64,000 bases of DNA from Pocillopora damicornis (taxonomy: Eukaryota). Where the stretch lies: the NCBI RefSeq assembly GCF_003704095.1, contig NW_020845410.1:1426001-1490000 (forward strand), given 5' to 3'. Under the pieces are notes generated by a model, which was not told the DNA's origin, searched no databases, and worked only from the letters and a program-made list of their open reading frames with translations. Of the stretch, positions 51,555 through 62,300 are shown piece after piece. The position numbers and the translations under genes were made by a program. Numbering within the stretch: the first letter of the stretch is position 1; each line of letters starts with the position of its first letter.

Positions 51555-51590
51555 CTAGCAACGTGGCCTCTCTTTTCTTCTGACGTCACC
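51555..51590 (+). promoter_or_regulatory. CRE (TGACGTCA) and ACGTGGC element upstream of Rab1-like copy 1
   Basis: acgtggc at 51561-51567 and tgacgtca at 51581-51588, about 190-215 bp upstream of the ATG. Confidence 0.4.
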
Positions 51591-51775
51591 TTGCGCAACA
51601 GCAGGTACCCTTAAAAATTTCAACAAAGCCAACATGACAAATGAAATTTTATTTTCATGGATATGGAAATTAGCTCATGATTTGCCACAGATAAGGCAGT
51701 TCCAACTAAACCATTGAAAAAACTTTTGCTTTAACGAGCAGAGTCAAGCGTACCTTGTTGTTATATATTTTCCTG

Positions 51776-52399
51776 ATGAATGCGGATTACGATTATTTGT
51801 TTAAACTTCTCCTGATAGGGGACTCCGGCGTTGGAAAATCATGTCTCCTGATCCGCTTCGCAGACGACACGTTTACGGACAGTTTTATAAGCACAATAGG
51901 AGTGGACTTCAAAATAAGGACCATTAATGTTGAGGGAAAAATCGTTAAGTTACAAATTTGGGACACTGCTGGACAAGAGCGCTTTCGCACGCTAACGACA
52001 GCTTATTATCGAAGCGCACACGGGATCATCATGGTATATGATGTGAATGAAAAGGAAACTTATTTACACATCGATCAGTGGCTGGAAGAAATAGAAAGAT
52101 ATGCTTGCGGCGGAGTGAACAAACTTCTTGTGGGAAATAAATGCGATTTGTTGGGTAAACGCCAAGTTGAGTACGAGGTGGCCAAAAGTTTCGCGCAAAG
52201 ACTTCAGATTTCGTTCATTGAAACAAGCGCAAAGGACAGAACCAATGTTGACAACGTGTTTTATACAATGGCGGAAGAACTAAGAGAGAAGCTTGGGTCA
52301 CCCCTGACTTCTCCCGATGGTGGAGGTGAAAATTTAAGCTTGAAAGACAGTACTCCGGTTAATACAAGTAACTGGCCGAAATGTTGCAGTTTTTCATGA
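51776..52399 (+). CDS. Intronless Rab1-like small GTPase, copy 1 (207 aa)
   Basis: [54 protein letters not shown]-terminal CCSFS. The ATG at 51776 aligns with the Rab1 start. Confidence 0.93.
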   Translation: MNADYDYLFKLLLIGDSGVGKSCLLIRFADDTFTDSFISTIGVDFKIRTINVEGKIVKLQIWDTAGQERFRTLTTAYYRSAHGIIMVYDVNEKETYLHIDQWLEEIERYACGGVNKLLVGNKCDLLGKRQVEYEVAKSFAQRLQISFIETSAKDRTNVDNVFYTMAEELREKLGSPLTSPDGGGENLSLKDSTPVNTSNWPKCCSFS

Positions 52400-53332
52400 T
52401 TGAGTGGTAGTACTTGCGATTGTTACGAATAATAAAAAGGCTCGATATTTGCTCATAAACAAGACAATCACTTCAAGAGAGATTACGATTAAAAATATTT
52501 GTCTTCAAGGAGTATGGTGAAACTGTAACCTGCATGCGCAACCACTAGGAAAGTGTAGTGTTGTATTGGAAGTAAGGGACATTGTAAAATGGGTAAAGAA
52601 ACACTTTCGAAAGCTTCCATTGGAAAATCAAAATTCTTGAGAAAGACAAAGTACTATTCAATACATAATTGTGGAAGGAATATGGCTTTCAAATGTTATA
52701 TGCAAAAAGGGAAAAATTTTTAGTTTTTGGACAGATACAGTTTGATTTCAACATTTTGGGTAAATTCCAAGTGCGTATATGTGTTTTTATCATTGTTATT
52801 ATTATTAAAAATAACAAAAGATGAAAAGTAGGGATTCAGACTGACCAAGTTAATATTTTGCAGCTTTAATATTGGGAATTGGAGGAGGTCTTTTATTACC
52901 AACTAGAACGAATCTCTAGCAACAACTATATCGGAAAATCTAGAATTTACATCGACATGAAAGTACTGACGCTTTACCTTGCATGATAGTTGGCCGTTTT
53001 GGTAGGCAAATAAAAAAGCAAAATATGCAATGTCAGGAGGATTTTTCCAAGGGTTAAGGCTCTCCATCTCTCTTAGGAGGTGCACAGGAGTTAATCAGTT
53101 GGAGGATATAAGGTTCAAATGATCTTCTTTTTAAGGGCCTCTGGGCTATATATATTTGCATGTGTGCATATTATATTGTGGCACTGGACCGCAAAATATA
53201 TTCACTGACAGCCGGCATATAAATCGGCAAGAAGCCAGTGTTAAGAGCTATTCAGTTTTCAGTTATTTCTGGTTCAGATGAACGACAAACCCCAACGACT
53301 GCGTTCAGAGACAAGACAGAGATCTCTTCGTA

Positions 53333-53971
53333 ATGAATTCTGATTACGATTACTTGTTCAAAATCCTTGTGATAGGCGACTCTGGTGTTGGAAAATCGTG
53401 TCTACTGATGCGCTTCATAGACGACAAGTTCACAGAGAGTTTTATAAGCACCATAGGAGTAGACTTCAAAATACGCACCATGAATGTGCATGGAAAAATT
53501 GTCAGACTACAGATATGGGATACCGCAGGACAAGAACGTTTTCGTTCGATTTCGGCGACTTATTACCGGAACGCGCATGGAATCATCTTGGTCTACGACG
53601 TCAATTGGATGGAAAGTTTTTTGCACATCGATCAATGGCTAAAAGAAGTCGAACGAAACGCAGGAGCCAGAGTAAGCAGACTTCTTGTTGGAAATAAATG
53701 CGATCTGGAAGGTAAAAGACAAGTTGATTATGAAGTGGCAAAAAATTTCGCTGATGACATTGGGGTTTCGTTCGTTGAAACAAGCGCGAAAAATGACACT
53801 AACGTCGATATTGTTTTTAACACAATGGTGGAAGAACTTAACGAAAAGTTGGCGAGTGGTTTACCTTTAATGGCCACTTCTCCCAACAATTCGGCCAAAA
53901 GTTTAGGTTTGAACGACAATCAGTTACCTGCTGAATCAACTAGTCGGCAGAAATGCTGTAGTTTTTCCTAA
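53333..53971 (+). CDS. Intronless Rab1-like small GTPase, copy 2 (212 aa)
   Basis: All G1-G5 motifs are intact, C-terminal CCSFS, tandem paralog of copy 1. Confidence 0.93.
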   Translation: MNSDYDYLFKILVIGDSGVGKSCLLMRFIDDKFTESFISTIGVDFKIRTMNVHGKIVRLQIWDTAGQERFRSISATYYRNAHGIILVYDVNWMESFLHIDQWLKEVERNAGARVSRLLVGNKCDLEGKRQVDYEVAKNFADDIGVSFVETSAKNDTNVDIVFNTMVEELNEKLASGLPLMATSPNNSAKSLGLNDNQLPAESTSRQKCCSFS

Positions 53972-54551
53972 TTTTTTACATAGTAGATCAGTGGTCGAAT
54001 AGGAATTACTGTATTGTCTTAAATATTGTGAGATGCCGGTCAATGATGATCGATGAGCAAATGTTTTCGACTCTCGCACATGATGCTTAGTGTTTCTTGA
54101 CAGCCAAGTAAAGCCCTTTAAGAGGAGAGCTGAACACATTATACTACATACACTGTATACAAAAATGAGATGAATGATTCAGTAAAAAAAGTGAATATAT
54201 TAATAAATATACAGATAAATAAATAAACGAACAAATAAGTAAATAATTAAAAACCATCGCGGCAAAAATTTTAGTTCAAATTATCTTGATCTTCGCCGAG
54301 CTCTATATTGACTCAGCGTATTCCCCTTGATTTGCGTCACGATTTGCGTGACATCTGCGGGTTGTGTTGAGCCTTTAAGAACCAAAACATGGCTCAGCGG
54401 AGTTAAGGTCTGCTATGTAACATGCACAAATAGTACACTCCACGTGAGGGAACAGGGCCAATATTGACGTGAAGGCTTTCGGAAGTAGACGTCTGGATTA
54501 CACTCTTTTTACCTTTGAGATTGCGAGATATCCGAATCGTTTCTTCGAATA

Positions 54552-57500
54552 ATGAGCGATATTGTAGAGCTGCAAAGTCCTGATGGAGATCATGCAACTA
54601 TTCAACTTCACGGCAAGGGGATAATTATGAGAATTTTGTGTGCTGTTCATCACGTGAAAGAACTCCTTAGGCACCATCTGTCGTTTGTTGCTCCAGTGAA
54701 ATATTCGTCGGAGAGAGAACTAGCTGCAAGGGGAAAGAGAATTCCGCGTCTCCCAAATTCCGGATGAAAAAAAAAAATGGACTATACCCTGACAATCAAA
54801 TCAGCGTATTCCAGACTTGAGTGGAAAGCTTCCCACTTAAATTAACTCCGGTTTTACGTTGAATTAACTGTTTTCGAGAGAGTTTTTTCTTTCTTCTCTA
54901 TGTTAAGTTTTCTGTCCTAGTAACTTATGTTAACAGGTTAATATCAAGTGCATTTGTTATGTCAATCTGCGACTTGTAGCTAAAATAATAATGATTGGGT
55001 TGGTATGATTTCTACAGGTGCAACTGTGACGTCATGGAAGTGCAAAGGACGGGAAATGCTGTTTGTAAGGTAAATAATTCAAATTCTTCCAAACCTTTCC
55101 ATCTAGCGATACCAGCAGACTGGCAAAAAACTTGATTAGCTCTTTTTTAAAATATTACCAACGTTTGACTGAAAGAAAATAAAAACTTTCCTTTAGAAGC
55201 CACTCATTGTGACATGTTTTATAATCGATCTTTCATAATTTATTTTTTAACAGTGAAAAGGCGGTTTTTGACAAGAAGAAGGCGATCAGAGGCGGTATTC
55301 CAGTAGTGTTTCGTAAGTAATAATCGTATATTGTGAGGACAGGAATCAGCTGCTATATATTGGAAGCTAATCCAGTCAAATTTCACGTGAAGAATATAAT
55401 GCTTTGAAAGAGCCAGGATCAAGATTGCGATGTAATTTATGCTGTTGCAATATGTCTTGAGGAACGAATCCTAGAATGGTTTCTGTTCAACAGCAAACTT
55501 TGGACCATGGAGTCTTGGACCTCAGCATGGATTTGCCAGAACTAGCCAATGGCACATCAGCCAACATCCAAAGGTTTGGAAAAAAATCAAATGGGCCTTG
55601 CAATTTAACCTAACCCTCTACACTTGAACTTCAGTATGTATATTCTCCATACCATTCGCTAGTCATTTCCTAAGGTGCTGACAGGGAGAATTTGTTTAAC
55701 AATCAAGAGCCTCTTTAGTTGGTGATCATTTCCTTTATTCCTGTGACTTTGATGTTGGATTCAGGGGTGATGTTGTAAAGAAAAATTAGATGCTAGACTT
55801 ACTCTTAGGGGTCAAAAGGGTTAATTCACTTTCTATGTTAAGCACAGATGTAGGGGAGATATTTGGAAGACTGGATGGCTAACAAATTGTACATCAGTTT
55901 AATCAAAGGAGATGGAGGTTATTTCCATAGGTATCAGGATAGGTCTGTGGTATCTCAAAGGATTTAAATTCATTAGGTGCTCATTTTTTCAAGGAAGAGA
56001 ATGGTGAAACAAGAGCAGTGTTTTCTCTAGAGGACAGTGAAAGTACAAGACAAATGTGGGATTATAAGTAAGTGTCCCACTCTTATCATGGACCCAGTAA
56101 GGTGCTTGGGTTTGTTGTTGTTGTTTTTTTTTTTTTGGCAGGTGCAAATATTTATTTTGGAATCTGGTAACTTTTAAAATTTTTTTTCCCTGTGAGACAT
56201 TTCTCTTAAAATTCCACAATTATTACTCTTGAAGGTTTAGGGTTCTGTATGAAGTGACTGTGGGAAAGCAGCATTTAAAAACCACCATCACTGTTGAAAA
56301 CAAAGGTAAAATAAAATGTTCTAGATAAAAAAAAACCAAGGATACAAATACAACATTAGTAACATATTTTTAGTTAGTTGTCTAGATTAACAGCTACTGC
56401 CTGTTATTTTTCTAAGCATTTATTTTATCCTGGATTAAAAACACTGTTGTCAAAATCAGGTCAGTCAAATTTTAAAAATATTTCTGAAGGTGACAATGAT
56501 GTTGGAAACCTTGGAAAATATGTTAAGTTACATTGAATGAACTTTGACCATTGGTTTAACTAATTAATTTTGATTAATGCTGACAGAAGTGAATGAAACC
56601 ATCTTTGTTAGACCTATTTAATAAATATTTTAGGATCTTCATTTGAATTTTTCATACAATTCAAACTAGACAGTTTGCATTCGTGATCTTTGCAGACGAG
56701 AAAGCCTTTGCCTTTACCACCCTTCTACACACTTATTTACGAGTTCCTGATGTTACCCAAACGACAGTTTCTGGATTAAAGGGCTTAAACTATGTTGATA
56801 AGGTGAGTGTTCCAACTTTAATTAATGCTTTTTTGAGCTGAGTTTAACAGGGAATATACACAGCCTCATGTCTGAACCCTCTAACTCCCAGTAGTGATTA
56901 ACATGTAACTTCTCCTTATTGTATCTACACACTATCCAGCAAACAGGTAATGAGAATACTCAAACTTATCAGGTGGAAGTTGTTATCTTACTCTGACATC
57001 AAATTCTTGAAACTAATTTACAAGGAAATATGTAGCAGCTGGAGGAGAGAATTAACAACCAGAACTTGGGTTAACCTCTCAAGTCCTAAGAGAGAATGTT
57101 TATTTTAGTGTTTTAGTGCTGAGTACTCTGAAATTATTCTTTGTAGGTTCTTGGTGGAAAAACATTCACAGAAAGCAATGAACCTGTGAAAATTAATGGG
57201 TTTGCAGATAGGTAAATAAATGTAAATAAATGTAATTTTACCTAAATTGTCAAATTGAAATTCAGACACATTGTATGCATAATTTCATTGGCAATTCTTG
57301 ATCAATTTTTTTTTTTCAATTTCCATAATTTGAAAATCTAGTCATGACTAATAATAACCTGAATAGAACATTACTTAGAATGAAAAGGTTCATATGTGAG
57401 CTGAGAAAGCATTTGTTATTACATCATTTGATTAAAGGCACTCATGCTACTTGTCTAACAATTAGGCTGTACCATATGGGTGAAAGTTTTCTTTTCTTTT

Positions 57501-57958
57501 CTTTTTTTTTTTTTTAGGGTTTACCAGAACTCTCCAAGTGAACACAAGATAACAAATGTTGGCTCTAAAAATTGTCATGTAACTCTCTGGAAGGAAAATT
57601 TTCCAGATACAGGTGACATCAAAAAATTAAATTGTAAGTGACTTAATTTCTTTTGGTAGACTAATGCATGTTTTTGTTTATTTTTCAGTTGTGTGGAATC
57701 CTTGGGCTCAAAAGGCCATTTCAATGGCTGATTTTGGAGATGATGAGGTTTGTTCCTCTTTACCACAAGTTGAGTACTTTGCTGCCCTTGAGGGACAAAG
57801 AAAATGATTTGGAATGATTTTTAAAACTATTTCCTTTTCATCTCTTGTAGTATCCCAATATGCTATGTGTTGAAGCAGGATATGTCAGCAAGCCTTTTGT
57901 ACTTGAGCCAGGAAAGAAATTTGAAGCCCAGCAAACATTTTCATGTTCTTGTGTTTAG
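54552..57958 (+). CDS. Glucose-6-phosphate 1-epimerase (D-hexose-6-phosphate mutarotase, aldose 1-epimerase family), 11 exons
   Basis: Exons 54552-54612 (GC donor), 55018-55069, 55254-55312, 55494-55573, 55994-56067, 56235-56305, 56696-56802, 57147-57211, 57518-57612, 57689-57747 and 57851-57958. Motifs: HGATVTSWK, KAIRGGIPVVFPNFG, QHGFAR, LHTY, DRVY, VVWNPW, MLCVE. Confidence 0.93.
55610..55823. mobile_element. piggyBac-type MITE (family B), near full length
   Basis: taaccctctacac...ggggtcaaaagggttaa termini. Four copies occur in the window. Confidence 0.75.
56873..57074. mobile_element. piggyBac-type MITE (family A), opposite orientation
   Basis: Reverse complement of 10854-11062 (aaccctctaactccc...gggttaa). 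Confidence 0.75.
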
Positions 57959-58261
57959 CCTTGAATTTTCATACAATAGGTAGTGACCAAAATCAAGTTA
58001 GAAATGAAATTAATAGGTAGCTCTGATAGCATTAGTGCAGTTTGAAAATAAACTACTACCAATAAAAAATGTAGGGATGGTAAAAGATAAGACTAATGAT
58101 AGATGTGGGTAAACAGGAAGATAGGATTAGGATATTTTTTGTGAACTAATAGATGTAATGACTTTTCTGTACTCTACCTGTTTAAATCAATTTTAAAAGG
58201 ATAGGGATTGTTTTTATCAGTTTATAAGGGTAGTCAGAGTATAATATACTGTAAACCGTTT

Positions 58262-58345
58262 TTTCTAATGTAGGGCTAACACCCCAATCATCAGCTTTAG
58301 AAATCCTTCATGGGAGCCAATTTACGTAATTAACTCAGTTGAAAA
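58262..58345 (+). repeat. Degenerate copy of the hammerhead-bearing repeat
   Basis: ctaatgtagggctaacacc...catcagcttt...gccaatttacgt...aactcagttga aligns with 3624-3700. Confidence 0.6.
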
Positions 58346-59341
58346 AAAAAAATCTCTGTTCAAACTATGTACTGTTATACACCAATATGAGTGATGAATT
58401 TTTTTTCTTCAAATCAAGATTGTATTATACAAGCTATTCTCAAATTTCCAATACTCTCAAAAATTTCATGTCTAGGTGTATAAAACAAAGTAAAATATCA
58501 GCCTGGAACTACTAACAATAACTGTTCAAATAGACTAGAAGTGTGTAGAGCCAATGAACTGAAATCCAAACAACAACATCGATCTATTTGTGCATTTAGT
58601 TAAAATCATACGTCACTAGAAAACTGTTACAAAGACAGTTTCCTTGCATTGTATAAAAATAATTAAACAGTAAAAGAAATTGCATTCTAAATGGATATTC
58701 ACAATGGTAGTAAAATAAAAAATGTTATTTAATTACCCTGAAATATTGAATAACAAGGATATAATATCAGCTTATAAACTAAGGATACCAGCTGGGAAAA
58801 AAGACAGCTTGCTGCTGCAATGTTGTGTGTTATTTCTAATAAAAAAGTACCTTTGGAGACTGTAGTTTTTTTTCAGTTTGAATTACTTGTCCTTTCTTAC
58901 TTTGAACATTTTCTTTCTCCTTCACCTTCAATACTGTAAGTTTTTCATATTTTAGTTTTTTGGGGGAATGATTAACCTGAGAGGATTAATGCCTACAAAT
59001 AATATGCGTATTTCCAAAACAGTCACAAATAAAAGTGTTTAACAACTCACACTTTTCCCAACCATAGCAGCTTAGGTGACTTACCTAAGCTTCTTTCTGT
59101 AATCTTTTAAACAAAATTTAAATAGTATTCAGTGTCATCATACATTCAACCTGGTAAAAGATAGCCTGTACTTGACCTACTACAGCTATAACACTGGCTT
59201 CTTCCAATACTGCATTCCACAAAAGTCAAAAGAATAACTATTTTGAACAAAACCACTTGAGTAAAGAGCAATGAGCTTTAAGTTCTTTTTTCTGAAATTC
59301 AAAAGACATGGAACTCAGACACAGGAGTGGGACATGTGGGT

Positions 59342-62300
59342 TTATAATCCTTCAAATATCAAGTCAAGGGCAGCTTGGACGTTACCACCAGTAGCAGTGA
59401 GAGCCTGGATACTGAGTGCATCATCTGTGATTCCCATATCTCTGAGTTGCTGCAACTGTGACTGGAAATATTCCAAAAATGGTTATCACTTATCTTTATC
59501 AACTGATAGATTAATAAGTAGCTCACACATATGTGTGAAATAGTATCAGTTACACTCATTAAAATTATTATGATCTAAAATTAAAAGTTATAATAATTGT
59601 TTCAATGACTCAAAAGGGCTGGGATCTGAACAACCATATAAGTAAATTTGTTGGAATGTGAACAAAAATTGGAATACATTAAATTAAGGAGGTCTTGATG
59701 GGAGTTAGAAGGTGACAAATATCACTTAATGAAGTTGATATAATTATTGCAAAGAAATGTTTAAAGTCAGAATGATGTGATGCAAAAGTTCACGAACCAA
59801 CAGCAGTGTCCGATAAATTCAATAGAGATTATTCCTTTCTAATTGAATGGATTCACAAGTAACAATCAAGTTAAACAGAAAAAAATAACTTAATATCGAT
59901 ATTAGTCCCCAGAATGTCAACAGTGAGATCAATGAGTTTCTAACCTGAAGCTGAGATGATTGCTGAGAAATGTTCATGACAGATGCCACCGCTTCACTGA
60001 CCATATCTCTTGTTATGGTTGGTCGTGAACTTGACGCTCTTGTACCTCTACTTGTTGATGGGATGACTGGTGAGAAAGCTGATGTTGAAGCACCTCTGCT
60101 TGTGGATGGCCCAGCTAAAAAAGTGAATTACATTTCCCTTAAAATACAATACAGTCAAGCCTTTATGGCCAATCCTATGGGAAATATCAACTTCTAGTGA
60201 TACCAGCAATTATGTAGTGGAAAAAATTATAGTTTGCATGGAAAAAAGGAGTTTCTTCATCCTCTCACCCATAATGTAGTTGTTGCTTTTGTACACATCA
60301 CATCTTCTTGAAAACAAATAGTGTGCATGCCATCAGAATTCAATGTAACCAACAATCAGAGCTCAAAAGGATTATTGTGTCAGCACACTGTACATACATG
60401 ACAGCATAATTTTGAACTAATACCCTCACTTACATCTTTTATTTACAAAGGACGCTGCACAAACCTTCACTGCGTGTTGAAGAACCTGGAGAAATTCCTG
60501 CATTAGCTAAAGCCGATGATAATAATGATGATGTGACTGGTTGCCGAGATGATGATGCTCCTCTTGAGGCCGCAGCAGATCTTAATGCTTGGATACTCTC
60601 TTCATTTGCTGCCACCAGTTCAGCTTGAGCAACAAGCTATGGATGAAAGATAATACTCAAATTAACATCTAATAAAAATTTTAGATGTGATAGGACACAA
60701 AACATGATATCTCACCCCTGGATCCATGCCTCGCAGTTCATCATCAGAATCATATGTGTCACCAGCCATGTGACTCCTGGTGGAATGTTTACCTACCCCT
60801 CCCTCCTTGGCAATTGCTGCAGCAATGTAGGAAGCTGCCTGAACCAGGCTTGGATGTTCTCGCATTACCCTGTAAAAGATAATTACAAAAAACTTCAGTT
60901 GGTAACAATTTGCACAGAGAGTTCAAGATCACATTCAATTTATGGCTGTTATTAAAACTATTGAAAGGTTATTGTAAAACAAGAAGACAGAAATTCGTAA
61001 ACAGTGAACAACTTAGAGAGAAAAGTTAATTTCACTTACGTCTCAACGTTTGCTGTCTGTACAAGTTGTTCAAGAAGTTCAGGATCTTGAAGAAGAGCTA
61101 AGAATTACATGGAAAAACATAAGCATATAAAGTGATTCAAATGTTTTAACTTTATTCTTCAGTAGCACAGAAATAAAAAGAAATAAAAATTAATTAAAGA
61201 AGAACCAAAAATAAGTAAATTACAGTAAGAGAAAAAGGATTAGCATTTGGGCAGAAAAACATTTAAAATGTCTCAGAAGAGATCATTAACTACAAGGAAG
61301 GTCAACAATGTATATGTATGGTACATGAATAACGACCTATTATCAGAAATTGAGAAAGGTGTTTTTTGTCTTGTCATGTGTGTGGGACAAAGAAAAAACT
61401 CTGAGTTCCCTTGAAGAATCGAACCTGAGACCTCTGATGCTCTACCACTGAGCCACAGAGACCCTACAGTAAGTGAGGTCTATTACGAAGTTCACATGAC
61501 ACACATCCTGCATACTGCTAGGATCAGCATTGTCAATAGCATCATGTTTGTAAAGAATAAAAGAGATGGTAAGTTTTGAGCTTGGTAAAGAAATTGAGGA
61601 ATATGTTTTTTGCCTTGTCACAAGTGTGGGACAAAGAAAATAATTCTGAGTTCCTGTTAAGATCAGAACATTAGAGGCATTATGCAGGACACATGTCATA
61701 TGAACTTTGTAATAGACCTTGCTCACTGTAGAGTCTCTGTGGCTCAGTGATAGTCTAGTGGAGCATCAGAGCATGAAATCAGATATTCACCAAGCTCATA
61801 TTCTTTACATACAACCTATGATGTACACAAATATTACATAGAATTTAAATTTGGTTGATAAGTAGTGAGGGATGCTGAGGCCATGTGGTTGTAGTGTGTG
61901 GGCTTGGATCACTAAGTCCAGGGTGATTCAACCACTAACTAGGTTCTTATGTTGGATTCTTTGGTAAGTCACTACTGTCAGAGGATATTTCTCCACCTAG
62001 GATTATCAATGGGTACCTGAAAACTGTTAGGAAAACCTGGCAAATTAAAGGACAAGGGGGGTGACTTTGCAATATGCTGGTATCTTGTGCAAGGGTAATT
62101 AACCATACTATCACAGCATGAACCCTCTGCCTTATAAGCTGACATTATGTCATAAACAGTTATAACAATTCATTGTAATCAGAAATACTCACTCATAGCA
62201 ACATGATCAGATGATAATCCTGGAGTGGCTACAGTCAGTTGTTCAAGCATGTCTGGATTGGTAAGAATTTTTTCAACCTGACAACAACAACAAAAAAAAC

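Noticed and set aside
51755-51775. N-terminal extension MLLYIFL of Rab copy 1 in the ORF track
   Set aside because: It begins at a TTG; the ATG at 51776 aligns with the Rab1 start and with copy 2.
54552-57958. Recent horizontal transfer of a microbial mutarotase
   Set aside because: Ten spliceosomal introns and host-like composition argue for long residence.
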